Assembly: GCF_006345805.1 (NCBI RefSeq) | Contig: NC_043006.1 | Coordinates: 48,236,001 to 48,300,000, forward strand | Direction: 5' to 3' | Source of the DNA: Octopus sinensis | Lineage: Eukaryota | DNA length: 64,000 nucleotides | Part shown: positions 25,134 to 37,744 of the stretch, in pieces | Numbering within the stretch: position 1 is the stretch's first letter | Layout of the letters: the number at the start of each line of letters is the position of its first letter | Program-made: the position numbers and the translations under genes | The notes under the pieces: model-generated | What the model was told of the DNA's origin: nothing | The model's database searches: none | The model's input: the letters and a program-made list of their open reading frames with translations, nothing else

Positions 25134-25640
25134 TGATGATGATGATGATGATGACGATGATGATGATGACGAAAATGATGATGATGATCATCATCATCAT
25201 CATGACGATGATGATGGTGGTGGTGGTGAAGGTGGTGACCATGATGGTGATGATGATGGGGTGGTGGTGGTGGTGGTGGTGGTGGTGGTAGTGATGATGA
25301 TGATGATGATGATATGTTAGCAACATCTGAAGGAAGGTTTTTATATGGTACTTAGTTACAAGCACAAACATATTTAACCAGGGAATATGAAATGCGTACC
25401 TCATCTTGCACTATCGTCATCTTCCTTTTCTCCACTACAGACGTTATCATCATCATCATCATCATCATCCTCATCTCATCATCATCATCATCATCATCAT
25501 CAATATCATCAGCATCTTCAACAACATCATCATCATTATCATGATCATCATCATCAACAACAATATCATCATCATCATCAACGACAACATCATCATCATC
25601 ATCATCATCATCATTATCATCAACAACAACAACATCAGCA
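25060..25640. repeat. Trinucleotide arrays (TAA/TGA/TGG/CAT/CAA)n
   Basis: Direct reading. Confidence 0.95.
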
Positions 25641-25644
25641 TCAC

Positions 25645-25868
25645 TGGAGGCGCAATGGCCCAGTGATTAGGGCAGCGGACTCGCGATCGTAATAGCGTAA
25701 TGGCCCCGGCGGTAGGGGTGTGAACCCTGCTGTACTCTTACATCACAACTTTCTCTCACTCTTTCTTCCTGCTTCTGCCACAAAGCAGAGGAACCATGGT
25801 ATAACTTACTATGGCGTGGTAAATTTCAGACCCTGGTCTAGATTGCGAATCCTCTGTACCCCAGATGG
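25645..25868 (+). mobile_element. SINE family C with tail type 1, internally deleted, runs into gap
   Basis: Head plus tail gcagaggaaccatgg...gattgcgaatcctctgtacccca shared with the 10168 copy. Confidence 0.8.
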
Positions 25869-25968
25869 NNNNNNNNNNNNNNNNNNNNNNNNNNNNNNNN
25901 NNNNNNNNNNNNNNNNNNNNNNNNNNNNNNNNNNNNNNNNNNNNNNNNNNNNNNNNNNNNNNNNNNNN
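25869..25968. other. Assembly gap (100 N)
   Basis: Run of exactly 100 N; adjacency across it is unverified. Confidence 1.
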
Positions 25969-26596
25969 CTGACATACACACGTCCATACATGCAGATATA
26001 CACATTTAGACGTGCACACACATACACGCATGCACACCACACACACACACACACGCATACACACACACACATATATATGTATATATGCACAGACATATAT
26101 AAAGACGTACGGATAAACAATTTAATACAATCTAGACATGTACCTGCACAAACCTGTATTCCATATACACATTTAGTTATAAATACATAAACACCGAACA
26201 GTGCACTTAGAGAGCACATGCCCATATATTTGTATGTATGTATATATATATATATATATATATGCGTGTGTATTAATGCAAGTACTTATGTCGTATATCT
26301 GCACAGACCCACTCACAGCATTAACCGCAGAGATTTATTCTATTTGGAAATTTAATCGGAGACGAAGACTTTAACGATGCCATAACTGATTATAATTACT
26401 ATTGCAATGATAACATTGACTTAGTAGAACTCTGAATGTTTCCTGTCTTACAACAGAAGACGGATAAATTCCGATAGATTTCGGCAATACGATGGAATGA
26501 TGAGGGAATAGAAGAAAACGGAGAGATGCAAACAATACAAGCGTTGCGTGTGTATAGATTATCCCTACACATACATGAATGTATTTATGCATTTAA

Positions 26597-26626
<30 letters not shown>

Positions 26627-26633
<7 letters not shown>

Positions 26634-26835
26634 ATCCAACAAGAAAACACAAAAAAACACAAAAAAACACAACAACGCGAGGACGTGGAACAATAAAGTA
26701 TTATGGACGCTCAGAAAGAAGGGAAGAAGGAGGGTTTAACGTTTCGAGCGGAGCTCTTCGTCGGAAACATAGGAGAAGGAAAGATCCCGAGAAGGGAAGA
26801 CAGAGGGAAAAAAATCGCCAGCGGTACTCACGAGG

Positions 26836-26838
<3 letters not shown>
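26627..26838 (-). mobile_element. Short Penelope-like element end embedded in (TA)n
   Basis: Contains a hammerhead-like motif; its flank is repeated at ~35937-36025, also next to (TA)n. Confidence 0.55.
26734..26768 (-). ncRNA. Minimal type I hammerhead ribozyme-like motif (U4C variant)
   Basis: GTTT-CCGACGA-A-GAGC-TCC-GCTC-GAAA-CGT-T-AAAC: stem I GTTT/AAAC, stem II GAGC/GCTC, palindromic ACGT stem III, GUU cleavage triplet. Confidence 0.55.
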
Positions 26839-26869
<31 letters not shown>

Positions 26870-27261
26870 GCACATGAGCAAATGGATCTCCGACAATTTC
26901 GACGATAAGCAGGAGACAATTCAACCAGTTCAATGGATAGGCGTTGAAAATTTATATTTGTACACACGGATACAAGCACAAATGAACTTCCGTCAATTTC
27001 GACGATGATCTGTAAGATGAACGAGATCACCAGCTCATTTAGTAAGCATGTAAATGACTGACATTTCCCCAGGTATCTGTACATTCAACGTAATCCTTAG
27101 TTTCAAACAGCACGATAGTGTAAATAATAAGGATCGACTGTTAAACTATCAGTACAATACATTAGACGGGATTCCGCATAATTTCCAGTCATTCACTTCT
27201 CAATACTTCTTCGGCTTCAATGAAAGACACCTTTTCAAGATACCACGCACCGAGACTAAAT

Positions 27262-27848
27262 GAAGTCGCTTGGCACAGAATGAATGAAGTCGCTCGGCAC
27301 AGATTGGTCTTGATTTGCTGTGCATGTACTCTATGTTTTAACGTTGCAACTTAATTCCGCTGCTTACAGTAGTGCTTCGAAGCAACGTGCTTAATGTCTG
27401 ACCGTCGCATTGACAATGAGAAAGTTGCCATGGTGTTCCCTGCTAAGAGACCTACGCAAAGCTGCAGAAAGGGTATAGAGAAGAGTGTATGAGCCGCACA
27501 CAACTGTACGATTGGTTCAGACCTTTCCAAGATGGCAGAAAAACTGTCGATATTAACGAATGTCCTGGGAGGCCCGCAAACAGCAGAGGTGAGGAAAACA
27601 TCACAGCTTACAGGTGTCAAGAGTAATCGTCGAATCACCACCTGTGAGTTATCAGAGGATGTTCAGATATGCTACGGTTCAGTTCAATCCATTATTACTG
27701 AAGATTTGGGTTTGAGACGCGTGTCTTGCCAAGTTTGTGTTAAAACTGCTTTTAGCTAACTAAACAGACGCTCGATTTTCATTTGCACAAAATCTCCTTG
27801 ATTGTGTCGAAAACGATGAAAATGTTTTGAAAACTTTGATTGGGCCTC
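27262..27848 (+). pseudogene. Mariner transposase 5' remnant
   Basis: YAKLQKGYREECMSRTQLYDWF...NRRITTCELSEDVQICYGSVQSIITEDLGLRRVS, typical mariner HTH region. Confidence 0.85.
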
Positions 27849-28087
27849 TGAGCAGGTATCGCCAAGCTTTTGGCAAAATTTCATGCAGATTCTCTGCTCA
27901 ACTTTGTCCTTCTCAATGCGACGAACTTCCAAGCACTGCTGTAAACAGCAGAAGTGAGCTAGAACGTTAACACTCAGTGGTATGCACAGCAGAGTTGAAG
28001 ATCAATCTGTGCCAAGCGACTTCACTCTGCATGCTTTAGCTTCGTTACTATGTCAGCAGTCCGGATACTTATTGATCAGACCTGGCA
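27849..28087 (-). mobile_element. Second mariner 5' end in inverted orientation
   Basis: Reverse complement carries TIR aggtctgatcaataagtatccggact matching the 37321 copy. Confidence 0.8.
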
Positions 28088-28437
28088 TGTCTGTATGCAC
28101 TTTAAAAATTCTCTGCCGTGTAGAGCTTTTCAAATTCCAATTTTCCAAATTATTGCAGACTTGCCATTTTGGGGCACATTCAAAATTATACGTTTAGCTA
28201 TATCTACATTAATTAAGTACCCACAAAATCCTATCTCTGCTAGAAGTAGCGTACCAAAGCATTTTCGTATCTCACAGTATTCCTAATGTCCTTCAGATTT
28301 TAGGGCCTCTCTTTGACGTACCCATTCTATACTATTCTTCCAAGGATCAAGTCAGATTATATAAGTTTGGGGCATATCATTGGCATTACAATATTGCACA
28401 GAAACACGACCGCTTACTTCACATTCTCCGGTAGCTT

Positions 28438-28720
28438 CTAATTATTCGAAGACATTTTAGAAATTTGAGTCATCGCTTCTGTACCCTCCTGCTTAGCCTT
28501 TTCTTTACTCCTTTGTAGAAAGAAACATGATGGAACTTGGCGTTGAATCTCATTGAATTGACGCTGTTTCATTCTCAAGATTTGATTATGGCGCCAAGTA
28601 TACTTAGCAAGGATGTCTTGCATGCTGCCAGAATAGTTCCAAGAATTCACTTTGGTGGCAGCAGTAGTGTTTTCTAGAATACTCCACATCGATGACCTTC
28701 ACCCTCAATCAAACTGTTTT
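28438..28720 (-). pseudogene. RLE-type non-LTR retrotransposon fragment (HERO/R2-like)
   Basis: KYTWRHNQILR resembles the RYTWRHNxVL motif after the zinc knuckle of RLE LINEs. Confidence 0.5.
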
Positions 28721-29245
28721 GTTTTCTGATTGCTACCATCTACAATATCTTGTGTGGCGGGGTGGGGTTGTCAATTACTGTGATCACCATGACGATGTTA
28801 ATTATGCACATTTTCAATGAACCATGCGCATGCAGTTTCCTTTGATCCAGCTCGCTGTTTTTCACACTTTAAAGCTCATTTCCTGATGTGGAACATAAAG
28901 TAAAGGGTTACACGCTTGGTTTAATTTTAATTAGAAATCGTACACATCAGTTCAACAATGAAACACAACTAAGTTTCAACAGCCGACGCAACTGGATGTT
29001 GTCAAACAACACATTCAGCAATGCAATGGGCCAACAACAATAACAGACCCTTGGTTGCAGTTTTCACGATATACAACACTCTACAACGAACTATATCACC
29101 TAGTTTTCTAGCTTAGTGTTTTTTTATTTAAACTGATGTGGCACGAACGAAAACCAAGCAATTACGATCAAAATGTACCAATACCATTGCTCATTCTTCT
29201 TTCAGCAGAACTGCTGTTATAAAAATACATACTATATTCACAACC

Positions 29246-29546
29246 GTGGAGGCGCAATGGCCCAGTAGTTAGGGCATCAGAGTTGCGGTCGTAGGATCGC
29301 GGTTTCGATTCCCAGACCGGGTGTTGTGTGTGTTTATTGAGCGAAAATACCTAAAGCTCCACGAGGCTCCGGCAGAGGGTGGTGGCGATCCTTGCTGTAC
29401 TCTTTCGCCACGACTTTCTCTCAATCTTTCCTACTCGCTTAGCCAGCGGGTTGGCGTTATTTGAAGGCTAAAACAATGCGAAGCGCATTGTAACCAGCGA
29501 TGTGTAGCAGCATCTAATAGCCTGGTCGGTCACGGTGATCACGGTG
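29246..29546 (+). mobile_element. SINE family C with tail type 3
   Basis: 11-bp TSD atattcacaac at 29234-29244 and 29547-29557. Confidence 0.9.
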
Positions 29547-29785
29547 ATATTCACAACAGGATAACCTACTTATATTCTGCACATACATGCACAGAGACCT
29601 CACATGCATCGCACTCTCGTGTTGTGTAGATGTCGTTTACATTCCATTCATAATTTGCTTGTATCTTGCGAATTATGTATATGACATGCATTGCCGACTC
29701 CTTTCGTTAAGCACAAGTGTACAGAGTATAATCCTACAGTTTTCTTGATCGTTTCTCCGTCTCTATCTTTCACTCTTGTGAATAT

Positions 29786-30216
29786 ACTCTTTTTTACTCT
29801 TTTACTCTTTTATTTGTTTCAGTCATTTTGACTGTAGCCATGCTTTAAGCGAGCAAATCGACCCCAGAACTTATTTTTGTAAGCCTAGTACTTATTCTAT
29901 CGGTCCGCTTTTGCCGAACCGCTAAGTTACGGGGACGTAAACACACCAGCATCGGTTGTCAAGCGATGTTAGGGGTCAAACACAGAAACACAGACACACA
30001 CAGACACACACTCACACACACACATATGTATATATATATATATACATCTATACGACGGGCTTCTTTCAGTTTCCGTCTACAATATCCACTCACAAGGCTT
30101 TGATCGGCCCGAGGCTATAGTAGAAGACACTTGCCCAAGGTGCCACGCAGTGGGACTGAACCCGGAACCATGTGGTTCGTAAGCAAGCTACTTACCACAC
30201 TGCCACTCCTACGCCT
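29786..30216 (-). mobile_element. SINE family A
   Basis: Full match. Confidence 0.9.
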
Positions 30217-31419
30217 CATTCAATATTAGCTACGTGTTTAATTTATATTGATCGATTATATTAACGATTGTTCCTTTTCCAAAAACTTGAAGTGAGTTAA
30301 TGTAGCTACAATATTCGGGGCTTTCGTGCAACAGATGTTGTTTCGATATAACGATGGCATTATAATCCCGAGACCAGTAATTCCTCAACTATTTCGGCTA
30401 CATCAACACAATGTAAGACAACTCCGTTCTTCTTCCTCTCCTTCAAGCCTCCCTTGTTTCTCTCTCCCTACCTCTCTCTCTCTCCCTCTCTGTCTCTCTA
30501 ACTTCTTTCGCTTGGGATATTCTAGTTTGTACAGCTGCCTCTTTATATTTCAGTGTCATAGCGAAAGCACCAACACATCAAAACATCAACAGAGAACAGC
30601 TCTCTTTCAGACGACTTAAATAATATATAAAAAAAAAAAAAGCTCAAGAAACAGCTGAATACAAATAATTTGCCGACTTCTGTTCTCCCCATTATTTTCT
30701 GTTTACTTCTTTACCATTGTCCGTTTATACAAATATATGACACTCCAAATTAACTTGCAGTCAAGAACTTTCGTTTAACGCAATTTCTACAAAATGGAAT
30801 TACACATTTTAGCTTACAAACAAAAATAGATGCAGGAAAAATTCCTACGAACTCATTTATGTTAACTCATTTATGTAAACCTAATTTTTATTAATGCTGT
30901 AATTGGAAATTGTTTTTTGTATTCATGAATTTCATCCAAGTACAACTTACTGTTTTTCGTTGTATGCATAGCTGTCTGCTTCAAACCTGTATTTAATACC
31001 TTTGTAAGAAGCACGTGTTGTTTAACTTCTTTTTACTACTTTCAACTCTAGTGCCACTTAGATCTGAAGACGTGTACACTCCTGGTAGCATGTAGAAAAC
31101 AAAGGAAGATTGTCATCACTGTGCATTCCTTACAACACTTATCCATTTCGAAATGAGTTATTTATCTCAACATTCCAGATTCCATTTCTCTTCTAAGAGA
31201 ATGCCGTGCTTTCGTCTTACACTTCTGAACACTCAAGAAAGAAAAAGAAGTAAAGAAATAAGAAAACAGCTTTATTTATTTTTTTTTTTCAACTAAGAAT
31301 TGAAATTTTCCTGTAATTTATTATACTCGTATCCTCTTTCCACTTCATAACCATCATTTTCTTCTCCTTCCTCTTCTTCTTCCAACCCAACCAAATTCAC
31401 AACAGCAACCGTCACCATC

Positions 31420-31438
31420 ACCACTACGACTACTTCTT

Positions 31439-31529
<91 letters not shown>

Positions 31530-31803
31530 CTCTTTTTGTGATATGCTTTTCGGCTTCTCCCTGTTTCCTTGGGTGTTCTCTCTTCTACTCTCCGCTCTCG
31601 GCATCTGTCATCAGGAACGTAGTCATCAGCAGCAGCCAACCTCCAATTTCCACCTCTTCGTCATCATAATTTTCAGTAGCGTTTTCTCCCAATCCAGACC
31701 ACGACCATCACAGAGATGCCCCACGACCTACATCATCCTTGTGATCCTCCTCATCAACATCCTCACTTCCACCTCCACCACCACCACCACCACCACCGCC
31801 ACC

Positions 31804-31848
<45 letters not shown>

Positions 31849-31910
31849 AACAGCAACAACATCATCGACGTCATCATTCTCATCGCCATTATCACCTTCG
31901 TCACCACTGT
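31420..31910. repeat. (CTA)n,(CTG)n,(CAC)n,(CAA)n arrays flanking a short unique core
   Basis: Direct reading. Confidence 0.85.
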
Positions 31911-33309
31911 CACCTGTGTCTAATTATCGTACATCATTGCTTACAGTATTTTTCTTTACCATGGTAACCTAGATGAGGAATCTAAAGAAAGGAAACGCGA
32001 GAGAGAGAAAGAAAGAAAGAGAGACGGAGAGAGAGTAAGAGAGAGCTCGCGACAAAGTGAGAGGGAGGAAGTGGGATTGACGAAGATGTATTAATTTTCA
32101 CACATATCCATTGTTGTTAAAAGTAATTGTAGTTTTTCACCCCGACACCTCTCCCTTTCCATGACATAACCGTGCAGCAATGACCGCTAGTTGAACCCTT
32201 AACCGTCTTATAATTGTTGTGCGGTTGATTGTCCCGTTGTAAATCTTCGTTTATTGATAAATTATTAACGTCGAAAGAAGAACTTGTGAATCTTTTCGGT
32301 TGGGTAAAGTATATGCGATTATTGCTGTTGTTGCTATTGTTTAGACCCAGATTAGCCCTGAATAAGCAAACCTATGATCAAATCATGCTACCCAATGGCC
32401 ATCTCGTATCAATATTGATTGTATATGGACTGCTAGATTATTCTCCACATACTCTGTTTTAGGACGGAGAGTATGATTTGAGAACGTCTGGTTGTTTTCA
32501 CAGGCGTATCTGACGACTGCGTAGATACTCCCCCCCCCCCGAAAACAGTACCAAGCACTCGATTGTCTATCTTAAAACAGTAACGTGCGCTTTGAAAGAA
32601 CTTAGCTTCTATTACTAGCAAATCTAGAGACCTCATAGAGGCACCCTCCTTTGTGGTAGTTAGTCTTTGTTTTCATTTACGGGATCAGCAGTTTCGCTAA
32701 CCTTGTAACTACTTTTCCTCTGGTTGATGAGGTCGAAATCGCCCATTCGTCAAGTACTCTAATGATAACCTTTCATTAGTATCTGTTAGTCTGGTGGTGT
32801 TTATGCGTTTCATTTTATGTGCTAAAAACGAGCAAACGCAGACATAACCGAGTAGTTTAAGAAGTCGCAATCTTAATGTGCAAAGCTCAATCCCACACCA
32901 CAGCTCTCATCTTTTGTTCCTCTCTCTTTCATCGTTTCTGAATCCCCGCACCTACCCCGCTTTTTCTACACTCTGCTCTTCTCGTTGATAAAATTGAAGA
33001 CAGAAAATGATGAATGACGGCGAGAATAGTAATAAAACTATCATTAACAATGAAAGGAGTTGTTGGTAGCAGACTAAGAGAGAGATTGTCTACACTAAAT
33101 CAGTACAAGAAACTAATAGTGTGACACCACCCTCTACACACTCACCTTCGTCTACAGTTGGTACATGATAAAAGAGAGGAAGACGAACTGTTCATCCATT
33201 CCAAAGTTAGTTGGTTGTTTGCTCTGCACAACAGAGTTCCTATCTGGTCGGATATCTGCTACCCGTGTTAAAAATATTCAACATAGACCCTATATAAAAA
33301 TAAATAAAT

Positions 33310-33415
33310 GCGCCCTTTTTAAAGCCTAGCCAGGCTCATAGGCCCGGTTTCCCGGTTTCTATGATGTATGCGCTCCCCAGCTGGACGGGACACCAGTCCA
33401 TCGCAGCGTTACTCC
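33310..33415 (-). mobile_element. Isolated tail type 4 (V-domain-like)
   Basis: Matches 50630-50735; minus strand ctgcgatggactggtgtcccgtccag resembles the V-SINE domain. Confidence 0.7.
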
Positions 33416-33587
33416 TTTTTGCTAATTACCACACAGCTACTCCTACGCCTATATGTATGTGTTTCTAGCAACTGAACTGACTGGGATATAAGAATATTAT
33501 TCATTTGTGGTTCTCATTTGAGCATTGTAAAGATTGTGTAATTGTTCAAAATGAGGGCCATCTATGAGGTGCAGTCTTCGTGTTGAT

Positions 33588-33802
33588 TTCAAACTTTTCC
33601 ACAAGGGCAGCAATTCCGGGGGAGTTGGGTGAGATCGATTACATCGACCCCAGTGCTCAACTGGGAATTATTTAATCGACTCCGAAAGGATAGAAGGTGA
33701 AGTAGATCTCGTGGCGGAATATGAACTCAGGAGGTAAAGACGGACGAAATGCCGCTAAGCATTTTTCCCGGCATGCTAACGATTCCCCCTGCTACTCGCC
33801 TT
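33588..33802 (-). mobile_element. SINE family B, diverged monomer
   Basis: cgattacatcgaccccagtg...gacgaaatgccgctaagcattt...gctaacgattc. Confidence 0.8.
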
Positions 33803-33869
33803 GTGCAGCCTTTATTTTAAGTACAGAAAGCATGGTCCACAGATTCACGAAGGACCTTGTGTATTTTAG

Positions 33870-34004
33870 GAAATGGCTATGTGGGCCAGGTCCAGACCTT
33901 CGGTTGGCTAACTGTGTACGGTCGAACGATTCGATCTGAGTTTCGCAAGGACTACCCAGCAACATAAACAAGAACGGAAATGACAACTCACGGTGTGGCG
34001 TTAG
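33870..34004 (+). other. Candidate spliced exon (135 nt; possibly 5'UTR plus start MTTHGVAL)
   Basis: Acceptor gtgtattttag|G and donor TTAG|gtgagt; each frame has a stop; ATG at 33980 open to the donor. Confidence 0.3.
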
Positions 34005-34084
34005 GTGAGTGCCGCTTTTGATACATATAAGGATGTGAATGGTGGAGAAGAGGGAAGGAAGGAGGAGAGGAATAAATGCTAACG

Positions 34085-34085
34085 A

Positions 34086-34168
<83 letters not shown>

Positions 34169-34170
34169 CC
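34085..34170. repeat. (GTA)n microsatellite
   Basis: Direct reading. Confidence 0.95.
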
Positions 34171-34326
34171 TCGTAAATAGATGTAACATAAATCAGTTTG
34201 TCACTGGTATAGAAATATGTATATAGGAAAACATATATATATATATACATATATATACATATATGTGTGTGTATGTATATATACGTGTTATATATATACA
34301 TATATATGTGTGTGTATGTATATATA

Positions 34327-34370
<44 letters not shown>

Positions 34371-35344
34371 ATATATATATACTGTATATAGATATATATA
34401 GTGTATATATATACACTATATATATCTATATACAGTATATATATATATATGTATGTGAGTGTATATTTATATATTTATATCCATTACATACATATACGTC
34501 TGTTTGTATTCTGTACTTGTGTGTTTATGCGTGTATGAACATATAATTGCTCTCTCTCTCTCCTTCTTTCTCTCTCTCTCTCTCTCTATGTATATGTGTA
34601 TGTATGTGTGTGTTCGTACAGATACACACACACACACATTTAAACGTAAATACTGCAACGCAGACAGGCAGCCATGCATACAAACAGTCACACTGCTCGG
34701 TCATAATCACAATGGCGGCAGAACAGGTGATAACTGTTAGAAACGAAAGTACTCAAGAGAAAAAAGACGAGCGCTTGGAGAATTCGCTGTATATTTTGGT
34801 TGTTAATGTATTAAGTTGAAAATACTTTTACGAAATAATATCTCTCCTATAAATTATGTTTTTCTAGTTATTTTCATATTCACTCGCATCTATTTCCAAT
34901 CTTCCTCTTTCTCTACATCCCTCTCTCTCTTCTATTCTCCAACTCCTCTCATTCCTCGAACTGCCATTCCTTCTAGCGGATATTCACTAACTTATATTTC
35001 ACTATTGTATATCTACATTTTACCGTCTTTGTTGCTATATAAGTAGCGCTTCCTTTACTTGAAAAATGTATCACCAAGACTCAATTGTGTCTTATTATAC
35101 ACAAGGGTAAAATTCACTACGTAAAATGAAGTTGAAAATTACAAATACTTTCTCGCCAAATAATACAAAACATATGCTTCTTAATTTATTGTCTCTTTCA
35201 TGCGTTGTTTCTTTGTCTCCTTCTTTGTACTTTTATATAAATATCTGTAAAATCATATAGACATCTCTATTTTCCTCTATTTTTGCAAGTTGAGGCGTCA
35301 TGCCGTCGCTAGTCAGTGTTACGCCCTCACACACACACACACAC

Positions 35345-35381
<37 letters not shown>

Positions 35382-35420
35382 GCACACATACAGGCATATA
35401 CACGCAGTGTTTATATAGCG

Positions 35421-35452
<32 letters not shown>

Positions 35453-35737
35453 ACAAAATTCTGACAAGAGCTGAGAAGAACGATCATAATCGAGTATTAA
35501 TATAAATAAATAAATAAATAAATAAATGAATAAATAAACAAATAGATAAATAAATAAATAAAAATAATGTGTCTGTTCGTTCGAAATGCGTTCTGGCAGA
35601 TTTGAACGTGAATATCTGATCGATATTGATTTTCGTCATCTGAGAACATCTACTATCTTTAGATGATACGAGTTCATAACACATGCGATTCTCTGATGTA
35701 AGCATTAGTTTGAGCCACTAAGACTTTTCCGCAACTT

Positions 35738-35770
<33 letters not shown>

Positions 35771-36023
35771 TTACACACACATATGTATGGTGAGAGAGAA
35801 AGAGAGAAAGATAATAAGGCAGATAAGCACAGTTAGGGTTGATGTGTATATGTGTGTGTGTAAGTATATGTTCGTGTATGTGTGTGTATGTATATATGTA
35901 TATATGTATACATATGTGTGTGTGTGTGTGTATAAAGTTAACCCAAACATGAAAACACAAAGAGGAAACACATCAATGCGAGGAAGTGGAACAAGTACAG
36001 TGTTATTGGACGCCCAAGAAAGG

Positions 36024-36071
<48 letters not shown>

Positions 36072-36073
<2 letters not shown>

Positions 36074-36468
36074 TAGCAGTATCGCCCGGCGTTGCTCGGG
36101 TTTGTAAGGGAAATAACTATATAAACATTTTTAGAGATGTAAAGTATAATAGCCATCTCAATATGGCTAACCACAAAGGGGGGTGTTACTGTAGGTTTTT
36201 ACGTTCTGAGATTTAATAATACATTTTTAGAGAGTTACTTCCCTTACATAATAGCAAAAAAATGCATTAAAAATGGGAAAAAATGATGGTAAAATTTTTT
36301 TTAAATCGTAGACTCATCGTAGACGCGCGCTAATACCCAGAAGGGCTCGATATGAATCACGACTATAAGATACCCGCTTTTGGTTACACTGCACCGCAAA
36401 ATGTGGGAGTAGTTAGGAATCTAAATCGTAGGAGACAGACACACGACTTCACTTTTATATATAAAGAT
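36072..36468 (+). mobile_element. Family E Helentron/Lep1-like element
   Basis: Same termini as 22256 copy; inserted in (TA)n. Confidence 0.8.
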
Positions 36469-37320
36469 ATATATATATATAGGTGTAAAAGGGTTGAATT
36501 TAGATTTGTCCTTTAATTTGGAGGTTTCCAAAATAAGATTTCTAATATTGATTCTTCATATTTTGCTGGTAGTTTACAGGCGTAAATTTGCAAATATGAA
36601 AATAATACTTGTATATGATGTGTTGTGAATTTACGGAAAGAAATCCCAGAAAACTCATCAATTTAGTTAAAAATGGAGAAGAGAATTTTAATTTATATAA
36701 TGAATCAAAATTCTCTTATATATTTTAACGACTAGTCTTTTCGATTGTTGACTAAATTGTTGAGTTCTATGGAATTTCTTTCCATATGATATATATATGT
36801 ATATATGTATATATGTGTGTGTGTGTGTGTTTTTATACAGTGTATATATATATATACATGGAAAAAAGTCAAGATAGAAAATGATAAAATTATTTTATAA
36901 AAAATCATTTCAGTACCGGTTTCAGTCATTGAGACTTTTTCAACCGTAAGTATGGAAAACAATTAAATTTGGAAAAATTAAAAGAAAAGTTTTTTTTAAA
37001 GAATATTTGCATAGTGTTCAAATACAAGTGGCATTTTCCTTGTTTCTACCTGTCTCTGTCTCTCTTCTTTACTCTTGGGGGTTCGAGGTCGTTGTGAATT
37101 CTTGGTAGGGAGAAGAAGAAGAAGAGGAGGAGAAGAGGAGGAGAGGAAGAAGAAGAAGAAGAAGAAGAAGAAGAAGAAGAACAACAACAACAACAACAAC
37201 AAGGAGAAGGAGGATATATTATATATATTTATGTATGTATGTATACACACATATGTATGTATGTGTATATCTGTATGTATGCATGTATGCTGCCATGCAT
37301 GTTTATATTATGTATGCATG

Positions 37321-37616
37321 TACGAGGTCTGATAAATAAATATCCGGACTGTTGCCATAGTAACGAATCTAAAACATGCAGAAGGAAGTCGCTCGGCACA
37401 GATTGACCTCGACCTTTGCTGTGCATATACTGTCAGTTTTAACATTGCAACTTAAATCCGCTGCTTACAGTAGGGCTTCGAAGCAATGTGCTTAATGTTT
37501 GACCGTCGCATTGACCAGGACAGAGAAAGCTGCCATGGCGATACCTGCTCAGAGACCTACGCAAAGTTGCAGATAGGGTATAGAGAAGAGTGTATGAGCC
37601 GCACACAACTGTATAT
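37321..37616 (+). mobile_element. Mariner 5' end with TIR
   Basis: TA-CGAGGTCTGATAAATAAATATCCGGACT then sequence homologous to 27262-27510. Confidence 0.85.
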
Positions 37617-37663
37617 TTAAGACACGAAGGCTGGAGGGTATATCAGCCGAAACGTTGTTTTAA
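37617..37663 (+). ncRNA. Decayed hammerhead-like motif (CUG of core missing)
   Basis: TTAAGAC-ACGAA-GGCTG-loop-CAGCC-GAAA-CGT-T-GTTTTAA: 7-bp stem I, 5-bp stem II, ACGT palindrome. Confidence 0.4.
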
Positions 37664-37744
37664 CAACAAAAAAGATGAGGACAAATATCCGTCAAATGTA
37701 AATATGTAAATAATGTAAATAGTGTTAAGGTTTGTTCTTCAGCT

